Shown: in pieces, positions 54,871 through 64,000 of the stretch | How positions within the stretch are numbered: the stretch's first letter is position 1 | How the letters are laid out: every line of letters starts with the position of its first letter | DNA from: Naegleria gruberi | Taxonomy: Eukaryota | Length of the DNA stretch: 64,000 nucleotides | Assembly (NCBI GenBank): GCA_000004985.1 | Contig: GG738911.1 | Strand: one strand, 5' to 3' | Translations under genes and position numbers: made by a program | Notes under the pieces: generated by a model | Seen by the model: only the letters and a program-made list of their open reading frames with translations | Database searches by the model: none | Told to the model about the DNA's origin: nothing

Positions 54871-55385
54871 AAATTTATATTTAAACTTATTATAATCACC
54901 AAGGGATTCTATCAAATTTGTTAATAATCGTTTTACGCTAATGATTAGCAAGTAATATTGAGCCTACATGTTGAGATTCAAATGTGAGAATCCCTCAAGA
55001 ATTTGGACTCCATGTATCATGAACTTGGTTCCTTAATTTAAACATTAAGAAGGAGTGCCAACAGTGGTTGGTGACATGAAAGTCAAAACGACTGATTTAT
55101 TCACAATCACAGTTCTGACATGTAATTGCTGAATTGTGTTTTAGAGATTATGTTTTTATTTTCATGCCATGTTCGCACAATACAGCAATAGTACTATCGT
55201 CCGAATTCGTCATGAAATCTGGAATTGTCAATTATTTCTTTCTATTGTAGTGTATTGCTTCCGAGTTTCGTTCAATACAATTCAATACAAGGAAAGTATT
55301 ATTGGAAATATGAGAGTGGATGAAATAGAGGATGCAAGTTTCTTTTGCTTGATGCTCAGTTGAATATTCACAAAAAAACAACATT

Positions 55386-56375
55386 ATGATGAATAATAAC
55401 TCGACTTCAAGTTGGATAAATGAATTTTCCTCTACTGCTCATACCTGTTCAGTTGATGTTTTTTGTGGAATGGTCTCTCCATCATTCTCCAACAACAAGC
55501 CTTCAATAACAATGAACAATACAATTACAGATGATGAATGTATTGAACCAAGTCTAAATCTTGATGTTATTGATTTTATTCAGAGTTGGGAATTATTAAA
55601 GATGATGACAACTCCAAAGCAACAATTATTTAATAGAAAGCCTTTTGACAAGCCTTCTATTCACCAAATGTCAGCCTTCAATAATATCCAATGTACTAAA
55701 ATCACCTCAACTGTTATGAATTCTATTGATGCTGATATTAAGTGCACTCCATCACACTCATCCACATGCCATATTGTATTACCATCACCAACTGAGACAT
55801 TATCTCTACTGACACTTAACACCTCACCATCTCCTCATCAGCAACCCTTCAATGCTAATACTATTGAAAATAGCCTGACCAATACCATTTCTAATACTGA
55901 CATTGCTGATAAGGTACTTTTAACCAATTTAGAATCATATCAATTTCCCAAGAATCCTTATCATGAACATTATGATCAATCACCACCACCATCAAATGAT
56001 ATATCCATGATGCCACTCCAACAACAAACTAATGTAAACAATACATTCAACAAGAAGGATGATAATCGTATTCTAAAGAGAAAGAGAAAGATTTCTAATG
56101 TATCTTCATTCGAATCAGAAAAGAGAAAAACCTCAATTTCATCCACCACACCACCTACAACATGTTCAAGTAATTCATCCTCAATTGGTAATAATAGTTC
56201 ATTATCAACAAATGTGCACTCACAACAATCATTCAATAATTGTATTATAATTTCAAATCCAAAACATTTGAAAAGAAGAAGAAAATATCAAAAGAGAAAG
56301 AATTCAGCCAATACAAATCCTGCTCAAACTCAAATGGAATTTCACTTTCCAGTTTGGACTTTTCATTTAGAATAA
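55386..56375 (+). CDS. Lineage-specific protein family Y, member 1 (S/T/N-rich, basic NLS-like C-terminus)
   Basis: MMNNNSTSSWINEFSSTAHTCSVDVFCGMV...KRKRKISNVSSFESEKRKTS...NPKHLKRRRKYQKRKNSANTNPAQTQMEFHFPVWTFHLE*. Confidence 0.6.
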   Translation: MMNNNSTSSWINEFSSTAHTCSVDVFCGMVSPSFSNNKPSITMNNTITDDECIEPSLNLDVIDFIQSWELLKMMTTPKQQLFNRKPFDKPSIHQMSAFNNIQCTKITSTVMNSIDADIKCTPSHSSTCHIVLPSPTETLSLLTLNTSPSPHQQPFNANTIENSLTNTISNTDIADKVLLTNLESYQFPKNPYHEHYDQSPPPSNDISMMPLQQQTNVNNTFNKKDDNRILKRKRKISNVSSFESEKRKTSISSTTPPTTCSSNSSSIGNNSSLSTNVHSQQSFNNCIIISNPKHLKRRRKYQKRKNSANTNPAQTQMEFHFPVWTFHLE

Positions 56376-56430
56376 ATTGTTTTTTTAATAATATTTGTTT
56401 TATATTCTCTGTGTGTCCGAATAATTTAAT

Positions 56431-56550
56431 ATTCAACAAGATAATTATTCATTACCACTTGAAGAAGCAGATAATTTATTAAATATTGAAGATGAACCAA
56501 TTTTCAATTTTATTGAATTAAATAATGAAAGTGAAAATAAACTTCTGTAA
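56431..56550 (+). pseudogene. Duplicated 3'-terminal fragment of gene X (relic carried along by the tandem duplication)
   Basis: caacaagataattattcattacc...gaagaagcagataatttattaaatattgaagatgaaccaattttcaatt matches 54720-54800. It has no upstream exon context and ends in a different stop after ESENKLL. Confidence 0.4.
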
Positions 56551-56947
56551 AGAATATACAATTTATGATCAAGTAATAGTGAGATTGTATAATTTCGAAA
56601 TACGATGAACCAGAATTTACCCTAACACTTACTGACATTCTATTAAGAAGGAGTGCCACAGCTGACGACATGAAAGAACTGTAATTGTTTAAGAGATTTT
56701 ATTCGCACTGTACAACAATAGAACTATCGTCCGAATTAGTCATGAAATCTAGGAATTGTAGATTATTTCTTTCTATTGTTGGGTATTGCTTCAGGATTTT
56801 GTATTTTTAAGGACCTCAATTACTAACATTATTCTTCAAGTACATCAAGTATTGGAAATATGAGAGAATAAATTGGGCGAGATGCAATTCTCTTTGGAGT
56901 TTATGCAGAAGAAATATTCAATGAATATTCTCAAAAAAACAAACATT

Positions 56948-57937
56948 ATGATGAGCAATAACTTGACTTCAAGTTGGATAAATGAATATTCCTCTCCTGC
57001 TCATACCTGTACAGTTGATGTTCTTTGTGGAATGGTCACTCAATTTTCATCATCATTCTCAAACTACTCAATTAACAATCAATGTATTGAACCAAGTCTA
57101 AATCTTGATGTTATTGAGTTTATGCAGAGTTGGGAATTATTAAAGATGATGACAACTCCAAAGCAACAATTATTTAATAGACAGCCTGTTGACAAGCCTT
57201 CTATTCAACAAATGTCAGCCTTCAATAATATCCAATGTACTAACATCAGCTCAACAGTTATGAATTCTATTGATGATCATGATGATGATATGAAGGACAC
57301 TCCACCACACTTATCCAAATCCCATATTGTATTTCCATCACCTCAACCATCAACTCAACTGTTCCTATCACCAACAAAAACATTATCTCTGACTCTTAAC
57401 ACCTCATCTCCTCATCAGCAACCATTCAATAACCATAACGAAAATAGCCTGACCAATACCATTTCTAATACTGACACTGCTGATCAAGTACTTTTAACCA
57501 ATTTAGAATCATATCAATTTCTGATGAGCATTAAGAATCCTTATCAACAATATGTGGATCAATCACCACCATCATCATCAATTGAAATATCCATGATGCC
57601 ACTCCAACAACAAACTAATGTAAACAATACATTCAATGATAATCGTATTCTAAAGAGAAAGAGAAAGATTTCTAATGTATCTTCATTCGAATCAGAAAAG
57701 AGAAAAACCTCAAGTTCATCCTCCTCATCATCTACAAGTAATGTATCCTCAATTGGTAATAACAGTTCATTATCAACAACATTCAAAACTCCACTCAATA
57801 ATTGTATTGTAATTTCAAATCCAAAACATTTGAAAAGAAGAAGAAAATATCAAAAGAGAAAGAATTCAGCCAATACAAATCCAGCTCAAACTCAAATGGA
57901 ATTTCATTTTCCAGTATGGACATTTCATTTAGAATAA
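56948..57937 (+). CDS. Lineage-specific protein family Y, member 2
   Basis: MMSNNLTSSWINEYSSPAHTCTVDVLCGMV... The C-terminus matches member 1 exactly (KHLKRRRKYQKRKNSANTNPAQTQMEFHFPVWTFHLE*). The start is taken at the ATGATG matching member 1; the ORF-track start at 56873 lies in non-conserved sequence. Confidence 0.6.
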   Translation: MMSNNLTSSWINEYSSPAHTCTVDVLCGMVTQFSSSFSNYSINNQCIEPSLNLDVIEFMQSWELLKMMTTPKQQLFNRQPVDKPSIQQMSAFNNIQCTNISSTVMNSIDDHDDDMKDTPPHLSKSHIVFPSPQPSTQLFLSPTKTLSLTLNTSSPHQQPFNNHNENSLTNTISNTDTADQVLLTNLESYQFLMSIKNPYQQYVDQSPPSSSIEISMMPLQQQTNVNNTFNDNRILKRKRKISNVSSFESEKRKTSSSSSSSSTSNVSSIGNNSSLSTTFKTPLNNCIVISNPKHLKRRRKYQKRKNSANTNPAQTQMEFHFPVWTFHLE

Positions 57938-58465
57938 ATTGTTTTTTTAATCATATTTGTATGCAATATTCTCAAGACATGTAGTTTTCGGTTGTGTGTG
58001 AGCATCAAGTTGTGGATCCACAACACAGCCTAGCAGCAATGGAACCTCGGCACGGATACCCATAAGTAAATAAACCATGGAATCTCAAAGTTACATTGTT
58101 CACTTTAATACTCACATTTCAGAAAAGAGACCATTCTATAATTTGCAAAAGATCATTTCAAGATTCCAGATAACAATCAGAAAGAATATTCTCGTTATCT
58201 AGTTACATTTTAACATAGAGATTGGAAGTTTCAAATTTCTTAATTGTACGGAATGGAAACGCATCTTCAAACTGAGTTTTTTATTCATGAAGTTTTGCAT
58301 GATAAATGGTTAGATATCCTTAATATTTTTGTTAAATTTCCATTTTTAGTATATAGATTAAAAGGCTTCACTGAAATCTGCATGTTATAAACAGTAACAA
58401 TTTCACGAAAGTAAACCATACCAAACACAATATAGAAAGAAAACACACAACGAATATTCTATCCA

Positions 58466-58984
58466 ATGAATTCAAACAAACAATCGAATAGAAGAAAGTC
58501 TAAAGCACTCAAATTAACTGTTGTTGATTTTTGTTCTTCCAATCCAACATCAACAACAACTAGAAGATCTAACAATGATCATGCTGATGTTGTTGATGAT
58601 AATTGTAAAGTAATGACAAGTAAATATACAGAATACTTTTCAAATAATTCAAAGCCTTTCCAAGTCATTTCATTTCCATTCAAGCCTTCGAATACTTGCT
58701 CATCTGGAATTCAAAAACAACCAAAGAAAAAGAGAATTGAATCGCATCATGATGATCAATTTGGTAAAATACAATTTGGTAATAATAATACAGTTTGTAG
58801 TGGTGGCGGAGGTGATGATTCAGTAGTGGCAAGCCTTCATCAAGATCGAATTGAAGAATCGTCTTCTAATGATCAGCAGCAGCCTTCAACACCAACTTTA
58901 ATTCAATCATTACCATCAATGGATAAAAAAAGACAAAGAAGAACCTCAATTACTATTAGAGAATTATTAAATTATGATGATTAA
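58466..58984 (+). CDS. Hypothetical protein (172 aa), S/N-rich with basic patches
   Basis: ORF MNSNKQSNRRKSKALKLTVVDF...KKRQRRTSITIRELLNYDD*. Unknown function. Confidence 0.4.
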   Translation: MNSNKQSNRRKSKALKLTVVDFCSSNPTSTTTRRSNNDHADVVDDNCKVMTSKYTEYFSNNSKPFQVISFPFKPSNTCSSGIQKQPKKKRIESHHDDQFGKIQFGNNNTVCSGGGGDDSVVASLHQDRIEESSSNDQQQPSTPTLIQSLPSMDKKRQRRTSITIRELLNYDD

Positions 58985-59390
58985 TGCCAGATCGTGAGAT
59001 GAAAATTTTAAGGATTTGGCAATTATTGAATAAAGACTTGATGTTATTTGAAAAGATTTCAAAGTTGGTTCAATCCTCAATCTCCAGACGTGGCCTACCA
59101 ACCTTATTAAAAGATGAAATACATTGAGGATTCGAATATTTTCTTCTAATTTTTGTTGCTGTAAAATGAAGAGCGGGAAAATTATTCTCAACACACTTTC
59201 TATTTTAAATCCATTCAAAAGTCCATAATGCTCCTTTAAAGATATTCCACTCTTTGATTGCAGGTTTTAATCTTTGATGACTTTCAATATTAATTATAAC
59301 ACACGAGTTCAGTTCATCAATTAATTGTTAAATATTGGCGCATGTGGAGCTGCATGTATAGCATGTATTTCATTGTTATCCGACATGAGA

Positions 59391-62300
59391 NNNNNNNNNN
59401 NNNNNNNNNNNNNNNNNNNNNNNNNNNNNNNNNNNNNNNNNNNNNNNNNNNNNNNNNNNNNNNNNNNNNNNNNNNNNNNNNNNNNNNNNNNNNNNNNNNN
59501 NNNNNNNNNNNNNNNNNNNNNNNNNNNNNNNNNNNNNNNNNNNNNNNNNNNNNNNNNNNNNNNNNNNNNNNNNNNNNNNNNNNNNNNNNNNNNNNNNNNN
59601 NNNNNNNNNNNNNNNNNNNNNNNNNNNNNNNNNNNNNNNNNNNNNNNNNNNNNNNNNNNNNNNNNNNNNNNNNNNNNNNNNNNNNNNNNNNNNNNNNNNN
59701 NNNNNNNNNNNNNNNNNNNNNNNNNNNNNNNNNNNNNNNNNNNNNNNNNNNNNNNNNNNNNNNNNNNNNNNNNNNNNNNNNNNNNNNNNNNNNNNNNNNN
59801 NNNNNNNNNNNNNNNNNNNNNNNNNNNNNNNNNNNNNNNNNNNNNNNNNNNNNNNNNNNNNNNNNNNNNNNNNNNNNNNNNNNNNNNNNNNNNNNNNNNN
59901 NNNNNNNNNNNNNNNNNNNNNNNNNNNNNNNNNNNNNNNNNNNNNNNNNNNNNNNNNNNNNNNNNNNNNNNNNNNNNNNNNNNNNNNNNNNNNNNNNNNN
60001 NNNNNNNNNNNNNNNNNNNNNNNNNNNNNNNNNNNNNNNNNNNNNNNNNNNNNNNNNNNNNNNNNNNNNNNNNNNNNNNNNNNNNNNNNNNNNNNNNNNN
60101 NNNNNNNNNNNNNNNNNNNNNNNNNNNNNNNNNNNNNNNNNNNNNNNNNNNNNNNNNNNNNNNNNNNNNNNNNNNNNNNNNNNNNNNNNNNNNNNNNNNN
60201 NNNNNNNNNNNNNNNNNNNNNNNNNNNNNNNNNNNNNNNNNNNNNNNNNNNNNNNNNNNNNNNNNNNNNNNNNNNNNNNNNNNNNNNNNNNNNNNNNNNN
60301 NNNNNNNNNNNNNNNNNNNNNNNNNNNNNNNNNNNNNNNNNNNNNNNNNNNNNNNNNNNNNNNNNNNNNNNNNNNNNNNNNNNNNNNNNNNNNNNNNNNN
60401 NNNNNNNNNNNNNNNNNNNNNNNNNNNNNNNNNNNNNNNNNNNNNNNNNNNNNNNNNNNNNNNNNNNNNNNNNNNNNNNNNNNNNNNNNNNNNNNNNNNN
60501 NNNNNNNNNNNNNNNNNNNNNNNNNNNNNNNNNNNNNNNNNNNNNNNNNNNNNNNNNNNNNNNNNNNNNNNNNNNNNNNNNNNNNNNNNNNNNNNNNNNN
60601 NNNNNNNNNNNNNNNNNNNNNNNNNNNNNNNNNNNNNNNNNNNNNNNNNNNNNNNNNNNNNNNNNNNNNNNNNNNNNNNNNNNNNNNNNNNNNNNNNNNN
60701 NNNNNNNNNNNNNNNNNNNNNNNNNNNNNNNNNNNNNNNNNNNNNNNNNNNNNNNNNNNNNNNNNNNNNNNNNNNNNNNNNNNNNNNNNNNNNNNNNNNN
60801 NNNNNNNNNNNNNNNNNNNNNNNNNNNNNNNNNNNNNNNNNNNNNNNNNNNNNNNNNNNNNNNNNNNNNNNNNNNNNNNNNNNNNNNNNNNNNNNNNNNN
60901 NNNNNNNNNNNNNNNNNNNNNNNNNNNNNNNNNNNNNNNNNNNNNNNNNNNNNNNNNNNNNNNNNNNNNNNNNNNNNNNNNNNNNNNNNNNNNNNNNNNN
61001 NNNNNNNNNNNNNNNNNNNNNNNNNNNNNNNNNNNNNNNNNNNNNNNNNNNNNNNNNNNNNNNNNNNNNNNNNNNNNNNNNNNNNNNNNNNNNNNNNNNN
61101 NNNNNNNNNNNNNNNNNNNNNNNNNNNNNNNNNNNNNNNNNNNNNNNNNNNNNNNNNNNNNNNNNNNNNNNNNNNNNNNNNNNNNNNNNNNNNNNNNNNN
61201 NNNNNNNNNNNNNNNNNNNNNNNNNNNNNNNNNNNNNNNNNNNNNNNNNNNNNNNNNNNNNNNNNNNNNNNNNNNNNNNNNNNNNNNNNNNNNNNNNNNN
61301 NNNNNNNNNNNNNNNNNNNNNNNNNNNNNNNNNNNNNNNNNNNNNNNNNNNNNNNNNNNNNNNNNNNNNNNNNNNNNNNNNNNNNNNNNNNNNNNNNNNN
61401 NNNNNNNNNNNNNNNNNNNNNNNNNNNNNNNNNNNNNNNNNNNNNNNNNNNNNNNNNNNNNNNNNNNNNNNNNNNNNNNNNNNNNNNNNNNNNNNNNNNN
61501 NNNNNNNNNNNNNNNNNNNNNNNNNNNNNNNNNNNNNNNNNNNNNNNNNNNNNNNNNNNNNNNNNNNNNNNNNNNNNNNNNNNNNNNNNNNNNNNNNNNN
61601 NNNNNNNNNNNNNNNNNNNNNNNNNNNNNNNNNNNNNNNNNNNNNNNNNNNNNNNNNNNNNNNNNNNNNNNNNNNNNNNNNNNNNNNNNNNNNNNNNNNN
61701 NNNNNNNNNNNNNNNNNNNNNNNNNNNNNNNNNNNNNNNNNNNNNNNNNNNNNNNNNNNNNNNNNNNNNNNNNNNNNNNNNNNNNNNNNNNNNNNNNNNN
61801 NNNNNNNNNNNNNNNNNNNNNNNNNNNNNNNNNNNNNNNNNNNNNNNNNNNNNNNNNNNNNNNNNNNNNNNNNNNNNNNNNNNNNNNNNNNNNNNNNNNN
61901 NNNNNNNNNNNNNNNNNNNNNNNNNNNNNNNNNNNNNNNNNNNNNNNNNNNNNNNNNNNNNNNNNNNNNNNNNNNNNNNNNNNNNNNNNNNNNNNNNNNN
62001 NNNNNNNNNNNNNNNNNNNNNNNNNNNNNNNNNNNNNNNNNNNNNNNNNNNNNNNNNNNNNNNNNNNNNNNNNNNNNNNNNNNNNNNNNNNNNNNNNNNN
62101 NNNNNNNNNNNNNNNNNNNNNNNNNNNNNNNNNNNNNNNNNNNNNNNNNNNNNNNNNNNNNNNNNNNNNNNNNNNNNNNNNNNNNNNNNNNNNNNNNNNN
62201 NNNNNNNNNNNNNNNNNNNNNNNNNNNNNNNNNNNNNNNNNNNNNNNNNNNNNNNNNNNNNNNNNNNNNNNNNNNNNNNNNNNNNNNNNNNNNNNNNNNN

Positions 62301-62761
62301 NNNNNNNNNNNNNNNNNNNNNNNNNNNNNNNNNNNNNNNNNNNNNNNNNNNNNNNNNNNNNNNNNNNNNNNNNNNNNNNNNNNNNNNNNNNNNNNNNNNN
62401 NNNNNNNNNNNNNNNNNNNNNNNNNNNNNNNNNNNNNNNNNNNNNNNNNNNNNNNNNNNNNNNNNNNNNNNNNNNNNNNNNNNNNNNNNNNNNNNNNNNN
62501 NNNNNNNNNNNNNNNNNNNNNNNNNNNNNNNNNNNNNNNNNNNNNNNNNNNNNNNNNNNNNNNNNNNNNNNNNNNNNNNNNNNNNNNNNNNNNNNNNNNN
62601 NNNNNNNNNNNNNNNNNNNNNNNNNNNNNNNNNNNNNNNNNNNNNNNNNNNNNNNNNNNNNNNNNNNNNNNNNNNNNNNNNNNNNNNNNNNNNNNNNNNN
62701 NNNNNNNNNNNNNNNNNNNNNNNNNNNNNNNNNNNNNNNNNNNNNNNNNNNNNNNNNNNNN
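59391..62761. other. Assembly gap (3371 N)
   Basis: Run of n. The three >1100-aa ORF-track entries across it are artefacts. Confidence 0.99.
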
Positions 62762-62763
62762 AT

Positions 62764-63081
62764 AATGAAAATACTACCACGCTCAATACCATACCAATAA
62801 TCAATAATCAGAAGAAGAGAAAGATTTCCTCTTCCTTCAAATATTATACAAGTCCAAATACAGAAAAGAAGAAGAAAATCTCAATTTCATCCACTTCTAT
62901 TACTACTTCATCTTGTCATTGTTCAAATAATGTATTTTGTGAATTATCTTGTAATTGTATTGTAAATTCAAATCCAAAACATTTGAAAAGAAGAGAATAT
63001 CAAAAGAGAAAGACCTATTCAAATTCAGCACAAGCTCAAATGGAATTTAATTTTCCAATATGGACTTTTCATTTGGAATAA
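62764..63081 (+). CDS. Family Y member 3, C-terminal fragment (N-terminus lost in gap)
   Basis: ...NENTTTLNTIPIINNQKKRKISSSFKYYTSPNTEKKKKISISSTS...NPKHLKRREYQKRKTYSNSAQAQMEFNFPIWTFHLE*; the frame is continuous from the gap edge. Confidence 0.5.
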   Translation, partial: NENTTTLNTIPIINNQKKRKISSSFKYYTSPNTEKKKKISISSTSITTSSCHCSNNVFCELSCNCIVNSNPKHLKRREYQKRKTYSNSAQAQMEFNFPIWTFHLE

Positions 63082-63668
63082 ATTGGTTAATAATTGTAAA
63101 ATTATTCAAAGCCTTCCATAATTCAATTCTCAATATTCATCAATTCGTTTGATTATTAAATAGTTGGCTGATGAGAAATTAGGTACATTCAAGCCTTTGA
63201 TTAATATTCAGGTAGGAAATCCGTATAATCATAGATGATTTCCTATGCCTTGCAGCGGAATACAAATTAGCAACAAACAATATACTACTATAGTAAGTAC
63301 CATTATTGCTAGCAGCACAAATAATATTCGGATTGTACACAATTAAAAATCGTGGCACCTGTGTTTTCCCATTTTTTATAAATATTTTTATTAATTACAA
63401 GTAATAAATACATGTGTCAATTAATTGTGTTGTTTGTTGTTGTTGTTGATGGTGAGTGTGCAACGATAACGAATTCAATTTTCAACTCTGCAAGTTCGGG
63501 AATAAAAGAAAACAAATCAAATAAAAAGTTGAATGGATGACGTGAGCTAATTTAATCTATTTGGAAGTTTTACATGTTTAATAATGGTCTTAATTCAGTG
63601 ACTGACTTCATAAATAGAAATGTAATGATGCTACTCTATTGACTTTTTCATTCGAATAAGAGATTCTT

Positions 63669-64000
63669 TTAATTGTAAAGGAATGAAATTGAACTGAGAA
63701 AGCTTTCACAATCATCAAATTCTACTGCTTCTTCTTCTTCTTCTTTTGAAGTATTATCACTGCTTCCACTACTACTGCTTCCACCACTACTATTGTTGAT
63801 TGTTAGTGATGATGATGAATATTCAATATTACTAGATGCATGTTGATTCAAATTATTAGTATTATTCATAGTTTTGCATTTAACCTTTGTAATAATTGTA
63901 TCCTTTACATTTTCACTAGTACCTGATGATAATGATGATGCATTCGAGCAAGTTGTAATATTTTCTGAAAAAGTATTGTCAGTAGATGCATTTGGTGGAT
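63669..64000 (-). CDS. S/N-rich protein, 5' partial (open to window end)
   Basis: The minus frame is open from 64000 down to TAA at 63669 (..PPNASTDNTFSENITTCSNASSLSSGTSENVKDTIITKVKCKTMNNTNNL...SSSSGSSDNTSKEEEEEAVEFDDCESF..). The ORF-track entry starts only at the internal M. Confidence 0.4.
   Translation of the reverse strand, partial: PPNASTDNTFSENITTCSNASSLSSGTSENVKDTIITKVKCKTMNNTNNLNQHASSNIEYSSSSLTINNSSGGSSSSGSSDNTSKEEEEEAVEFDDCESFLSSISFLYN

Larger units (their letters stand above)
54651..57940. repeat. Tandem segmental duplication: two ~1.6-1.7 kb units, each = 3' end of gene X + conserved upstream element + family gene Y
   Basis: The blocks 54740-54800/56456-56512 (EEADNLLNIEDE.IFN.IELNNES), 55190-55275/56733-56800 (ctatcgtccgaatt.gtcatgaaatct.ggaattgt...) and the Y genes 55386../56948.. 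are collinear and ~75-90% identical. Confidence 0.7.

Noticed and set aside
56240-56482. 80-aa ORF overlapping the 3' end of Y1 and the duplicated gene-X fragment (analogous 57802..57984 after Y2)
   Set aside because: Short, K/F-rich reading of A/T-rich 3' flanking sequence. It is conserved only because the whole block is duplicated.
59325-62804. Three >1100-aa ORFs (both strands) consisting of X residues
   Set aside because: They span the 3.4-kb N gap and are not sequence. The same applies to 4906..5529, 4952..5455 and 54359..54661.

Overview
This is an AT-rich, intron-poor eukaryotic nuclear scaffold with four N-runs, not a prokaryotic locus. Genes are long single-exon ORFs or carry 43-56 nt GT..AG introns, start codons sit in A-runs (AAAAATG), and poly-N/Q/S low-complexity coding is common. 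Together with a Frizzled-type CRD, a Zn2Cys6 finger, a hisactophilin/fascin-like beta-trefoil and GT10/GT47 glycosyltransferases, this suggests an amoeboid protist (dictyostelid-like amoebozoan or similar; low confidence). About 35 protein genes are supported. They include a multi-TM PAS-domain class III cyclase, a CNNM transporter, a GPR107-like 7TM protein, an F-box/LRR protein, three DUF4116-type repeat proteins, three alpha-1,3-fucosyltransferase paralogs and two exostosin-like GT47 genes. Also present are an EF1A-like GTPase with degenerate catalytic motifs, a secreted trypsin-like protease, an intron-containing tRNA-Tyr, a desaturase, an AIF/NDH-2 oxidoreductase, a GATA-like/PHD zinc-finger gene and a tandem array of a lineage-specific gene family. 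Most notable are a tandem pair of secreted, extremely basic Cys-containing repeat proteins, an apparent gene-conversion tract between fucosyltransferase paralogs, a duplicated DUF4116-FucT gene couple, and the tandem family with a co-duplicated upstream element.
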